Positions 20,701 to 30,902 of a stretch of DNA of 64,000 nucleotides are shown here, piece by piece. The stretch lies in contig CAVVYR010000008.1 in assembly GCA_963752475.1 (NCBI GenBank), positions 32,001 to 96,000 of the forward strand. Direction: 5' to 3'. This DNA comes from an uncultured Chloroflexia bacterium (GTDB lineage Bacteria; Chloroflexota; Limnocylindria; Limnocylindrales; CSP1-4). Every line of letters begins with the position of its first letter. The stretch's first letter is position 1. Below the pieces are notes generated by a model. It searched no databases. It had not been told where the DNA came from and saw only the letters and a list, made by a program, of their open reading frames with translations. The position numbers and the translations under genes are program-made.

Positions 20701-21397
20701 CAGGACCGCAGCCGGAAGCACTCGCGGCTCGTTCTCGCCGCGGCCGTTCGAGGCCCCGGCGGAGCCCGTCTCGGCCGAGCCGCTGCTGTTCCACTTCGAC
20801 GCCTCGGCCTGCACCGGCTGCAAGGCCTGCCAGGTCGCATGCAAGGATCGCAACGGCCTGCCCGAGGGCCTCCTCTGGCGGCGCGTCTACGAGGTCACCG
20901 GCGGTTCGTGGCAGCGGCAGGGAGCGGCGTGGGAGCACGACGTCGGGGCGTACCACCTGTCGCTCTCGTGCAACCACTGCGAGAAGCCGGTGTGTGCCGA
21001 GGTCTGCCCAGCGGCGGCCATCGGCCGGCGACCAGACGGAGTCGTGCTCATCGATCCCGAGCGCTGCACCGGCTGCCGCTACTGCGCCTGGGCCTGCCCC
21101 TATGGCGCACTCCAGTTCGATGCGCTCGCGGGCGCGATGACGAAGTGCACGTTCTGCGTCGAGGACCTGGACGACGGTCGCCAGTCCGCCTGTGTCGCGG
21201 CCTGCCCCATGCGCGCGCTGGACGTGGGCACACGCGAGGAGCTGCTGGCCCGGCACCCCCAGAGCACGCCGGAGGCACTGGGCCTCCATCCCCTACCCGA
21301 CCCGGCCCTGACCGAACCGGGGTTGCTCATCACACCCCACCGCGAGGCCGCCCGTGTAGCCGATGTGGCGGTCGTGGCCAACTACGAGGAGACGTGA
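20701..21397 (+). CDS. dmsB: DmsB-type 4Fe-4S subunit/domain (no own start codon; frameshift in the linker to dmsA)
   Basis: CTGCKACQVACKD, CNHCEKPVC.EVCP, CTGCRYCAWACPYGA, KCTFC, CVAACPMRAL. Confidence 0.88.
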
Positions 21398-22302
21398 TGG
21401 GCGAACGCTCGCTGGTGCTCTTCACGCTCCTGACCCAGGCCGCCTGTGGGGCGCTCGTCGCGCTCGCGGGCATGCAGGTGCTCGGCGATGCCGATGTGCT
21501 CGGCATCGTGCCCTTCGTGGTCGTGGGCCTGCTGCTGCTCGTGGCCGCTATCACCTCCACGCTCCACCTGGGCTCGCCGGCCCACGCGCCCTATGCCATC
21601 AGCAACCTCCGAGCCTCGTGGCTCAGCCGCGAGATCCTGGGCCTGGGCCTGACCGGCGGCTTCGTCGCCCTCGGAGGGCTCCTGGCGCTCATCTCCGGCG
21701 GTGCCGACAGTGAGACCGCGCGCACGATCGTGACCGTGCTGGCGGCCGCGGCTGGCACCTTCCTGGTGCTGGCCATGGTGCGGCTCTACTCGGTACGCAC
21801 CATCCCCGAGTGGCACCCGACCCGGGTCGCGCTCGAGTTCACGGGAAGCACGCTGCGACTGGGCGCCCCTCTGGGGGTGGCGCTGGCTACGGTCGGAGTC
21901 TTGCCCGATGGCTCGATCGGTGTCGCGGCGGTCTGGCCGCTGCTGCTGCTCGCGGCCGGAATGATCCTGTGGTTCGCCGGCCGGAACTCGCGGCTGATCG
22001 GTGACGAGGCCACCCGCCGAGCCGGCGCGCTGCTGGTGCGCGGAGCACCAGAGGCGACCGTGATCGATCACGGTCGCATTCCGCTCTGGCTCGCAGTCGG
22101 CGTGCTCGTGGCCATGACCGGCACAGGCCTCCTGGGCGTGGGGCCGGCTTCGCTGGCCGGCCTGCTGGCACTCGCTGGCCTGCTGGCATGCGTCCCGCAC
22201 GAAGTCGCCGCCCGTGGCCACTTCTACGAGGCCGCGCCCGATCGTGGTCGCGACGCCAGGCGGCCTGCAGGCGCATCGCCTCGCCCAGCGGAAGGGCGCT
22301 GA
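21397..22302 (+). CDS. dmsC: DmsC-type membrane anchor
   Basis: TGATG coupling to dmsB; E.SLVLFTLL.Q, S.LHLG.P, N...SWLSREI, multiple TM helices. Confidence 0.85.
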   Translation: MGERSLVLFTLLTQAACGALVALAGMQVLGDADVLGIVPFVVVGLLLLVAAITSTLHLGSPAHAPYAISNLRASWLSREILGLGLTGGFVALGGLLALISGGADSETARTIVTVLAAAAGTFLVLAMVRLYSVRTIPEWHPTRVALEFTGSTLRLGAPLGVALATVGVLPDGSIGVAAVWPLLLLAAGMILWFAGRNSRLIGDEATRRAGALLVRGAPEATVIDHGRIPLWLAVGVLVAMTGTGLLGVGPASLAGLLALAGLLACVPHEVAARGHFYEAAPDRGRDARRPAGASPRPAEGR

Positions 22303-22303
22303 C

Positions 22304-23318
22304 CTACAGGCCCAGGCGTTCACGCGCAGCTGGGATGGCATCGGGGTTGACGACGTTGACGACGGCACCTCCGATGAAGGCTTCCAGCGCCTCCCAGGCG
22401 ATACGCGCCTGGTGGTCGCCGACCTCGTGGGTGGCGCCCCCGAGATGGGGAATGGCCACGACGTTCGGCAGCTCCAGCAAAGGGTCATCGACCGGCAGTG
22501 GCTCCTGCATGTAGACGTCCAGGGCGGCCCCGGCGATACGACGCTCGCGCAGCGTCTCGACCAGCGCGTCGGGATCGACGAGCCGGGCGCGGGCGCTGTT
22601 GACGAGGAAGGCCGTGGGCTTCATCAGGCCCAGTTCGCGGGCGCCGATCATGCCCGTGGTGGCCGGTGTGACGGGGACGTGCAGCGAGACGATGTCCGAG
22701 TCGCGCAGCACGTCGTCAAGCGCCAGGAGCGTGGCATCCACGCCCTCGGCGACCGCGACCTCCACGAAGGGGTCGTGGGCGACCAGGCGCGCGCCGAAGC
22801 CGGCCAGGCGTTGCGCGGTGGCCAGACCGGTGGCACCAAGGCCCACGAGTCCGATCGTCTTCTCGCGCAGCTCAAAGCCCTGGTTGGCGAGGTAGCTGGG
22901 CAGCAGCCCGCGCTCGACCCAGAGCCCGTCGCGCACCGAGGTCAGCGCCGGCCAGGCGTTGCGCATGACCATGACCATCATCATCACGGTCAAGTCGCCG
23001 ACAGCGTCGGCGTTGCGCCCCGGCGTGTTGATGACGACGACGCCGTGCTCGGTGGCCGCGTCCACATCGACGTTGGCTGGAGCAGCTCGCGTGGCGATGA
23101 TGACCCCCAGCTCGGGCGACCGCTCGATGACCGAGCGCGTGACCTCGTCAGCCTCCGTGATGAGCACCTGCTGACCCGCGATGCGAGCCACCAACTCATC
23201 CTCCGAGGCCAGCGGCTGGGATCTCGTCCCACTCGACGTGGGTGAACTCGTAGGCCTCGGTAAGCCGCTGGATCCATCGTTCAGGCAGGCGTCCCGAGGC
23301 CAGGACGCGCGGCGGCAT
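22304..23318 (-). CDS. D-isomer-specific 2-hydroxyacid dehydrogenase (SerA-like); frameshift ~23220
   Basis: GLVGLGATG, SLHVP, NSAR, AALDVY..EP, PHLGGAT; ATG at 23318 overlaps upstream TGA. Confidence 0.88.
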
Positions 23319-23973
23319 CAGTGCGGGTCCTGTCCGTAGTTCTTGTGGTACCAGCCGAAGGCCCGGTCGAGCTCTTCCTGCGGCAGCTCGGTGACCTCGT
23401 GACCCATGGACTTGGCGTAGTAGATCGTGCGCGCGGCCTCTTCCATGTAGGTCGCGACCTTGACCGAGTCACTCGCCGTGGCGCCGAAGGTGAAGGGTCC
23501 GTGGCGGTTGACGAGGACGGCAAGACCGTCACCGCCGACGCGCACGATGGCCTCGCCGGTCTCGTCGTGGGCCGGCTTGACGTACTCCGTGCAGGGGATG
23601 GCGCGACCGACGATGTGGCTGAACGGCGTCAGCGCCGCGGGCAGGGCCTCCCCCATGAGGGCGAAGGCCGTGGAGTACGGCGAGTGGGTGTGGGTGATGC
23701 CGCCGATGTCGTCGCGGTGCTTGTAGATGTAGTTGTGGATGCCCAGGTCCACGGAGGGCTTGAGGTCGCCCTCGACCACGTGCCCTCGAGGTCGGTCACG
23801 ACCATGTTCTCAGGCGTGAGATCGCGGAAGCGCAGCCCGCTGGGCTTGATGATGACGTGGCCTTCCTCGCGCACGATGGCGCTGACGTTGCCGCCGGTCC
23901 ACACCACGAGCCCCTGGTCCGGGAGCTCCTTGTTCATGGCGCAGACTTCCTTGCGTAGCTCTGGGTACAGCAT
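23318..23973 (-). CDS. araD: L-ribulose-5-phosphate 4-epimerase-like class II aldolase/epimerase; frameshift ~23780
   Basis: GLVVWTGGNVS, IKPSG, KPSVDLGIH (Asp as in AraD), HTHSPY, HGPF, YGQ end. Confidence 0.8.
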
Positions 23974-24003
23974 GGTCCCGGGTCTCCCCTTCCTGGATTT
24001 CTG

Positions 24004-25053
24004 TCAGTCCTTGGCTGGATCCGCCGCGGTCAGCGACGGGATGATCACGCTCTTGATGGACTCACCGGCCTTGACGATGAGGTCGATGCCCTCCATCGCG
24101 CCATCGAACCCGAAGCGGTGCGTGATGAGCGCCTTGGCATCGACGCGACCGTTGGCGATGTACTGAAGCACGGCGTTGGTCTCGGCCTTGGTCGAGGAGT
24201 AGCCGTTGTTGATGGTGATGCCGGAGAAGTAGAGGTGGTTGGGGTCCACCGTCGCTCGCTCGTCGGGGTGCGGCGGAGCGTTCACGTGGAGCGTGCCGCC
24301 CTTGCCCACCAGAGCCAGTGCGGCCTCCCAGGCCCTAGCTGACGGCGCGGTCGAGACGACTGCGTCGGCGAGGCGCCCGTCGTTGACGGCCTTGAGCGCT
24401 TCGGCGGCCTCCACGCGCTCGGGGTTGATGGCGTGCGTGGCGCCCATCTCCAGGGCACGTTCCAGACGCCAGTCGCTGAAGTCGAGGGCTACGATGCTGG
24501 CGTATGGGAAGAGCCGGGCCAGCTGCACGAAGGAGAGGCCCATGAAGCCCACGCCCTGGACGGCGATGGTGTCGCCGCTGATCGACGTCGATCCTCTGCA
24601 GACCATAGAGGCAGTCCGACATCGGCTCGATGATGCAAGCCTCCTCGAAGGAGACGTGATCGGGCAGCTTCAGCATGACCGGCACGTTCTCAGTCGGCAC
24701 TCGGAAGTAATCGGCGAACCCGCCGGGATGGATGTTCGTCTTGGAGTAGGAGCCACAGTACGTGGCCGCACCGCGCTGGCAGTCTCGGCAGTCGCCGCAC
24801 TGCACGTGGTGGTGCACGAAGACGCGATCACCGACCGCCAGCCGCTGACGTCGTCGCCAACCTCCACGATCGTGCCCGCTGGTTCGTGGCCCAGGATCTT
24901 GGGCGCGCGGGGCTTGAGATACCACTCCATGGCCTCACCGCCGCAGAGCCCGCAGGCTTCGGTCTTGACGAGCACCTCACCAGGACCGATGGAGGGGACC
25001 GGCCGCTCCTCGACTCGGATGTCCGTGTTGCTGTAGTAGACGGCGCAACGCAT
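24004..25053 (-). CDS. Zn-dependent alcohol/polyol dehydrogenase; frameshifts ~24840 and ~24590
   Basis: CGLCG, GHEPAG, CGDCRDC..G...C structural Zn, IEP, G.GFMG, LITHRF. Confidence 0.88.
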
Positions 25054-25106
25054 GGTCGGCCCTGCGCGTGTCAGCCCTCCATCGATCGGGGCCACGCCGA
25101 CCCGCA

Positions 25107-26114
25107 TCAGAGGGCCTCGGCCTTGGCCGCGCTGTGGACGGCCTCGATGCGGACGACGGCGAGGTCGTCCTCCTCGATACCCAGCTGCGAGTCGGTCAGT
25201 CGCTCGACGCCGCGCACCAGCGAGAGCGCGTCGAGGTCGTTCTCCTTCATGAGCGTGTGGCGGGTGGCGCCGTGCGAGTAGCGATCCTGGATGCCGATGC
25301 GCAACAGCCGCTTGCCGGTGCCGCTCTCGGCCATCAGTTCCGCCACGGCGGAGCCAAGGCCGCCCACGATGGTGTGGTTCTCCATCGTGATGACGCCCCG
25401 CTTGGCCTCCGCGATGGCCTCGGTCACCTGGGGATCGTCGAAGGGCTTGAGCGTGGAAACGTGGAGGTGGTTGATGGACACGCCCCGGTCACGCAGGACG
25501 CTGGTGGCGCGCATGGCCTCCTCGGTGCAGATGCCCGAGGAGAGGATGGTCAGGTCGGTGCCGTGCGAGAGTTGGCGAGCCTGGTTCAACTTGAAGGGTT
25601 CCGACTTGTCGAACAGGCGCGGCACCTCGCCCCGGAGCATGCGTACGTAGACCGGGCCGTTGACGGCCTGGATCTCGTCAAGACAGGTCTCGACGTCGGT
25701 GGCGTCGCCCATGTCGACCACGGTCATGTTGGGCGTGGCGCGCATGATGGCCACGTCCTCGATGGCCTGGTGTGAGGCACCGCCCGGCGAGATGATGCCG
25801 GGAAGGAAGCCGATGAGCCGCACGGGCAGGTTGGGATAGGCGATCGACATGGCCAATTGGTCGTAGGGCCGCCGATAGAGGAAGACCGCGAAGGTGTGCA
25901 GGTAGGGGAAGAACCCGCGCCGGGCCATGCCTGCGGCCCAGGCCATCATGTTCTGCTCGGCCAGGCCGAACGAGAAGAAGCGATCGGGGTAGGTCTGGCT
26001 CCAGACGCCGACCTCGCAGGAGTTGGTCAGGTCGGCCGAGAAGACGACGACCTTGGGCTTGTCCTCGGACCAGGCGAGGAAATTGCTGGCGTGCGGGCCG
26101 GTTACGACTTCCAC
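25107..26114 (-). CDS. Transketolase, C-terminal (pyrimidine-binding) subunit
   Basis: SADL, GLAEQNM, GASHQAIED, GPVYVR, KPFD, ENH...GGLGSAVAE. Confidence 0.92.
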   Translation of the reverse strand: MEVVTGPHASNFLAWSEDKPKVVVFSADLTNSCEVGVWSQTYPDRFFSFGLAEQNMMAWAAGMARRGFFPYLHTFAVFLYRRPYDQLAMSIAYPNLPVRLIGFLPGIISPGGASHQAIEDVAIMRATPNMTVVDMGDATDVETCLDEIQAVNGPVYVRMLRGEVPRLFDKSEPFKLNQARQLSHGTDLTILSSGICTEEAMRATSVLRDRGVSINHLHVSTLKPFDDPQVTEAIAEAKRGVITMENHTIVGGLGSAVAELMAESGTGKRLLRIGIQDRYSHGATRHTLMKENDLDALSLVRGVERLTDSQLGIEEDDLAVVRIEAVHSAAKAEAL

Positions 26115-27040
26115 TCGATCGTTCCCTTCAGTGATTCGTAGGCTTCCTCGTACTGGGCCTTCTCGTCTTCCGACTTGAAGCGCAGGTAGTGCAGCTTGGG
26201 CCGGCGCAGCTCGAGCAAGTTGATACAGCGGGTCGGGTCGGTCTTGGCCAGGACCACGAGCGGCTTGCCGTCGTCGGCAGGAGCACCGGCGGCCGCGAGG
26301 GCTTCGACATCGTGGCCGTCGACAGCGATCGCCCGCGCGCCGAACGACTCCAGCTTCTTCTCCAGCGCACCGAGTTCCATGGTCTCCTCGATGGGACCGT
26401 CACACTGCTGCTCGTTGACGTCGACGTAGATGCCTATGTTGTCGAGCTTGTAGAAGGCCATGGCCTCGAGGGCTTCCCAGACCTCCCCTTCCTGGAACTC
26501 GCCGTCACTCATGATCAGCCACACGCGGCCGCCCTCACCCAGCAGCTTGCGTGCCATGGCGAAGCCACCGGCCTGGCTGATGCCCTGGGCCAGCGAGCCG
26601 GTGGTGGTATCGACGCCGGGCGAGTGTTCATGGCCGATCATCTCTACGGAGCTGCCGTCGACGTTGAACTCCTGGAGCGCGTCGGGCGCGAGGCGGCCGA
26701 CCTCGATGAGCGTGGTGTAAAGCACCAGCGCGTAGTGCGCCGGCGAGAAGATGAGCTGATCCTTGTCCGGCCGGATGCCGCCGTTGTAGGCGCCACCGCG
26801 GAAGTAGTCGGGGTTGTCCGGCCCCGGTACGCCGTCGTACTTGGGCGGCTGCATGGGGGCAGTGCTAGGCCCGAGGTCCATGACGCGCATGTACATCGTG
26901 GCGAACATCTCGGCCGAGGAGCAGGCCTGGCTCAGGTAGCCGCCGTTGTTGCGGAGGACGTGCTCCAGGACGCGGAGGCGGATCCGTTGCGCCGTGTCCT
27001 TGACCTCATCGACCCACGTGTCCTGTTCAGCGATGGTCAT
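26102..27040 (-). CDS. Transketolase, N-terminal (ThDP-binding) subunit
   Basis: GSLAQG, SDGEFQEG.VWEA...N..Q.DG ThDP motif, VDGHD. Confidence 0.92.
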   Translation of the reverse strand: MTIAEQDTWVDEVKDTAQRIRLRVLEHVLRNNGGYLSQACSSAEMFATMYMRVMDLGPSTAPMQPPKYDGVPGPDNPDYFRGGAYNGGIRPDKDQLIFSPAHYALVLYTTLIEVGRLAPDALQEFNVDGSSVEMIGHEHSPGVDTTTGSLAQGISQAGGFAMARKLLGEGGRVWLIMSDGEFQEGEVWEALEAMAFYKLDNIGIYVDVNEQQCDGPIEETMELGALEKKLESFGARAIAVDGHDVEALAAAGAPADDGKPLVVLAKTDPTRCINLLELRRPKLHYLRFKSEDEKAQYEEAYESLKGTIEWKS

Positions 27041-27116
27041 CTCGGGATCTTGTGCCTCCTCATCGGGCTCCATCTGGACGGTCGTCTTCGGGGCGTGGCG
27101 AACCACGCGTCACTAG

Positions 27117-27149
27117 CGTACATCAGTTCGTCAAGTGCACGATTGTTCA
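27117..27149 (-). promoter_or_regulatory. Tandem operator boxes in the divergent transketolase / BisC-like intergenic region
   Basis: TGAACAATCGTGCA (27149-27136, identical to the 16844 box) and CGAACTGATGTACG (27130-27117). Confidence 0.65.
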
Positions 27150-27221
27150 CCCAACATCCAGCGTTGACGTGTGCCTTCGGAGCCGTGCATCGTGAAGGGC
27201 AACGGTAGCCAGAGGAGACCC

Positions 27222-29534
27222 GTGGAGCGAGAGCCGTCCGAGCACCCCCATTCGTCGCACTGGGGTGCCTTCCTGGCTCGCGTGGAGGATGGACGGGTCC
27301 GGGTCCGTCCCCATCCGGCCGATCCCGATCCCTCACCCCTGCTGGCCAATCTCGAGTCCGCCGCCGACAGCGAATCACGCGTGGCCAGGCCGGCCTTCCG
27401 GCGAGGATGGCTGGAGGACGGGCCGGGCGCCGACCGCCGCCGTGGCGCTGACGAGTTCGTGGAGCTGCCCTGGGACGAGGCGCTCGAGGTCACCGCCGCC
27501 GAACTCGAGCGGGTGTACGGAGAGCATGGCCCCGAAGCGGTCTATGGCGGTTCCTACGGCTGGAGCAGCGCCGGCCGGATGCACCATGCGCAAAGCCAGG
27601 TGCACCGCTTCCTCAACGTGCTCGGCGGCTACGTCCGCTCGGTCAATACCTACAGCGCGGGCGCCGCCGAGGTCATCCTCCCGCGCGTGCTCGCCTCGTA
27701 CCAGGACCTCGTCACCGATGGCGTGACCTGGGAGAGCGTGATCGATCACGGTCGCCTCGTCGTGGCCTTCGGCGGCATGCCCGAGCGAACGCGCTACGTG
27801 CACTCGGGCGGACCGTCGCGGCACCGCGGGGACTCGGCCCTGCGCGCGGCGCGTGAGCATGGCGTGGAGTTCGTGCTGCTGAGCCCACTGCACGACGATC
27901 TGCCAGGCCACCTCGAGCCCGACTGGATCGCGCCGCGTCCGGCCACCGACGTGGCGCTCATGCTCGGCCTGGCCCACACCCTCGCCAACGAGGGCATGCA
28001 CGACCGTGACTTCCTCGAGCGTTGGTGCGTGGGCTATCCCGTGTTCGAGCGCTACCTGTTCGGACTCGACGACGGGCAGCCCAAGAACGCCGCCTGGGCC
28101 GCGGGGATCTGCGACGTGTCGGCGGACGAGATCACCGGCCTCGCTCGGCGGATGGCAGCTGGGCCTACGCTCATCACCGTGGCCCACGGCCTGCAGCGAG
28201 CCGAGCATGGCGAGCAGCCAGTGTGGATGGCCATCGCGCTCGCGGCCATGCTCGGCGGTATCGGATCACCGGGAGCGGGCTTCGCCTACGCCCTCGGGAT
28301 CTTCGCCAACACCGGCCAGGCACAGGCAGCCGTGAAGATTCCGTCCTTCCCGCAAGGTCGGAACCCGATCGACCGGTTCATCCCGGTCGCCCGCATCGCG
28401 GACATGCTGCTCCGCCCGGGCGACGCCTTCGAGTACGACGGGCGCTCACTGACGTACCCCGACATCAAGCTCGTCTACTGGGCCGGCGGCAACCCCTTCC
28501 ACCACCACCAGGACCTCGGTCGGCTGCGACGTGCCTTCCGCCGGCCGGACACGGTGATCGTGCACGAGCCCTACTGGACGGCAACGGCCCGGCATGCGGA
28601 CATCGTGCTGCCGAGCACCGTCACACTCGAGCGAGAAGACATCGGCTCCTCGCGCAACGATCCCGGCGTCATGGCCATGCACCGGGTGCTCGAACCGTTC
28701 GGACAGGCCCGTGACGACTTCGCCATCTTCGGCGACCTCGCGCAGCGGCTCGGGTTCGGCCCGGCGTTCACCGAGGGTCGAGACGCGGAGGGCTGGCTGC
28801 GTCACATCTACGCCGGCCTGGCCGACGAGCTCGAGCGCGCCGGGGCGGAGGCCCCGTCCTTCGAGACCTTCTGGGAGCAGGGTCAGCTGGAGCTACCCAT
28901 GCGTGCGGAGACGGGCGCCTGGCTGCGCCGCTTCGGCGAGGACCCCGAGGCCCATCCCCTGGCCACGCCCAGTGGACGCATCGAGATCCACTCGGAGACC
29001 ATCGCGGGGTTCGGCTACGACGACTGCCCCGGCCATCCGATGTGGCTGCCGCCCGACGAGTGGCTCGGCGGCGAGCGTGCCGCGAGCCATCCCCTGCAAC
29101 TCATCGCCAACCAGCCCGCGGGCCGGCTCCACAGCCAGCTCGACTTCGGTCCCGCCAGCGCTAGGCACAAGCAGGACGGTCGCGAGATGGTTCGGCTGCA
29201 CCCGCATGACGCTCACGCGCGTCGGGTCGGCTCGGGCGACACGGTACGTCTAAGGAACGATCGCGGGGCCTGCCTGGCGGTCGCCGAACTGGACGAGGCG
29301 ATCTCGCGCGGCTGCATACGGCTACCGACTGGCGCCTGGTTCGATCCACTCGATGACTCCGATCGGCCGACCTGTCTCGCGGGCAATCCCAACGCCGTCA
29401 CGCGCGACTTGGGCACGTCCCGCTTGGCCCAGGGGTGCTCCGGGCAACTGAGCCTGGTCGAGGTCGAGCGCGTCGAGCAAGCACCTCCTCCTCGGGGCCA
29501 CGCCCCTCCCCCCCTGGAGCGCTACCGGGAATGA
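27222..29534 (+). CDS. BisC/TorZ-type molybdopterin S/N-oxide reductase, cytoplasmic
   Basis: HSSHWG (no Fe-S), GGSYGWSSAG, TYS, WAGGNPFHHHQD, TPSGRIEI, RLHSQLD; no twin-arginine leader. Confidence 0.9.
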   Translation: MEREPSEHPHSSHWGAFLARVEDGRVRVRPHPADPDPSPLLANLESAADSESRVARPAFRRGWLEDGPGADRRRGADEFVELPWDEALEVTAAELERVYGEHGPEAVYGGSYGWSSAGRMHHAQSQVHRFLNVLGGYVRSVNTYSAGAAEVILPRVLASYQDLVTDGVTWESVIDHGRLVVAFGGMPERTRYVHSGGPSRHRGDSALRAAREHGVEFVLLSPLHDDLPGHLEPDWIAPRPATDVALMLGLAHTLANEGMHDRDFLERWCVGYPVFERYLFGLDDGQPKNAAWAAGICDVSADEITGLARRMAAGPTLITVAHGLQRAEHGEQPVWMAIALAAMLGGIGSPGAGFAYALGIFANTGQAQAAVKIPSFPQGRNPIDRFIPVARIADMLLRPGDAFEYDGRSLTYPDIKLVYWAGGNPFHHHQDLGRLRRAFRRPDTVIVHEPYWTATARHADIVLPSTVTLEREDIGSSRNDPGVMAMHRVLEPFGQARDDFAIFGDLAQRLGFGPAFTEGRDAEGWLRHIYAGLADELERAGAEAPSFETFWEQGQLELPMRAETGAWLRRFGEDPEAHPLATPSGRIEIHSETIAGFGYDDCPGHPMWLPPDEWLGGERAASHPLQLIANQPAGRLHSQLDFGPASARHKQDGREMVRLHPHDAHARRVGSGDTVRLRNDRGACLAVAELDEAISRGCIRLPTGAWFDPLDDSDRPTCLAGNPNAVTRDLGTSRLAQGCSGQLSLVEVERVEQAPPPRGHAPPPLERYRE

Positions 29535-29580
29535 GGCAACGGCTTGCACAGGGACGCTCGAGGAGACTGGCTCAAGGGGC

Positions 29581-29653
29581 TTGACACGACCCCTGTGGTG
29601 GGGGCACACTGCGCCGGAGTTGGACATCGGTACGTTTGCTGAACATATGTACC
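29581..29653 (+). promoter_or_regulatory. Promoter and tandem operator boxes of the sugar ABC operon
   Basis: TTGACA-18-CACACT followed by TGGACATCGGTACG (29621) and TGAACATATGTACC (29640). Confidence 0.65.
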
Positions 29654-29815
29654 CGAGAACCCGACGACACTGGCCAAGCGCTGCGGACCGCCGCTTGGAC
29701 TACGGGAGGAATCGAATCGCCGAGGGAAGCGGCGAAGAGGAGGAGCGACTGGGACGAGCGCTGAACCACCGAACGGATCGACTCGATCACCGCATCGCCT
29801 AGAGGAGAACCCACC

Positions 29816-30823
29816 ATGAACTTCCGACGCGGAATCACCGCCGTCGCGTCGCTGGCCATCGTCGCCAGCCTGGCCGCCACGCCGGCCCTCGCGCAGGACG
29901 ACACAGAGCAGGTCGGCGAGGTCGACACCGAAGGCCTGAGCCTCGACGGCACGACCATCGGCGTCGCCGTCATCGGGACCGACCACTACTGGGATCGCGC
30001 CGCCTTCAACGGCCTGACCGGCAAGCTCGAGGAGCTCGGTGCAGAGGTCGTATCCGTGGACGCCGGCCGTGACGATCAGAAGCACGTCGCCGGTCTCGAG
30101 AACCTGCTCGCGCAGGAGCCCGACGCCATCGTCAACATCCTCGGCACTGCCACCGTCATCGAGCCGGTGTTCGAGAAGATCGCCGAAGCGGGCATCCCGC
30201 TCCTCGCGGTGGACACGGCCTCCGAGTTCGCCATCAACAACACCACCTCCGACAACACCGCCCTCGGCACCGAGCTGGCCGATCAGCTGGTCGCCGACAT
30301 CGGCGAGGCCGGCAACGTGGCCGTCTTCAACGGCTTCTACGGCATCAACGTCTGCGCCCTGCGCTACGACGCGCTGGCCGCCGTACTCGACCAGTACCCC
30401 GATGTGGAGATCCTCCAGCCGGAGCTCCAGGACGTCATCCCCAACACCCAGGAGGACGCCCGCAAGAAGATCCAGGACCTGCTGCAGAAGTATCCCGAGG
30501 GTGAGATGAGCGCCGTCTGGGCCTGCTGGGACATCCCCGGCCTGGGCGCCAACCTCGCCATCGTCGACGCCGGCCGCCAGGGCGACGTCGGCTTCTACGG
30601 CGTCGACGGCGACCCCACGGTCCTCGAGGTCATGGCCCAGGAAGGCCAGGCCATCAGGGCCATCGCCAGCCAGCAGCCGGGCCTGATCGGTGAGATCAGT
30701 GCCATGAACGTGGCCAAGTACCTAGGTGGCGAGGAGCTCGCCAAGACGACCCTCGTGCCCGCCTTCCTGACCCTGCCTGACAACGTGGAAGAGGTCCGCG
30801 TGCAGCTCGGCCAGGTCGAGTAG
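29816..30823 (+). CDS. Monosaccharide ABC transporter substrate-binding protein (RbsB-like)
   Basis: Signal peptide, periplasmic binding protein type 1 motifs (SDN, GVDG, QQP..IG). Confidence 0.92.
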   Translation: MNFRRGITAVASLAIVASLAATPALAQDDTEQVGEVDTEGLSLDGTTIGVAVIGTDHYWDRAAFNGLTGKLEELGAEVVSVDAGRDDQKHVAGLENLLAQEPDAIVNILGTATVIEPVFEKIAEAGIPLLAVDTASEFAINNTTSDNTALGTELADQLVADIGEAGNVAVFNGFYGINVCALRYDALAAVLDQYPDVEILQPELQDVIPNTQEDARKKIQDLLQKYPEGEMSAVWACWDIPGLGANLAIVDAGRQGDVGFYGVDGDPTVLEVMAQEGQAIRAIASQQPGLIGEISAMNVAKYLGGEELAKTTLVPAFLTLPDNVEEVRVQLGQVE

Positions 30824-30838
30824 CGACAAGTCCCAGGA

Positions 30839-30880
30839 GCCGTGCCGGTGGTCCTCCTCCTGCGTTCCGGCCGGCACGGC
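30839..30880 (+). terminator. Intercistronic hairpin after the binding-protein gene (stabiliser or partial terminator)
   Basis: GCCGTGCCGG...CCGGCACGGC 10-bp stem, no U-tract. Confidence 0.45.
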
Positions 30881-30902
30881 CCCACTATCACGAAGGTCTG
30901 AG

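Noticed and set aside
18448-22302. 1284-aa ORF suggesting a giant DmsA-DmsC protein
   Set aside because: The middle is an out-of-frame reading of dmsB; dmsC has its own ATG coupled to the dmsB stop
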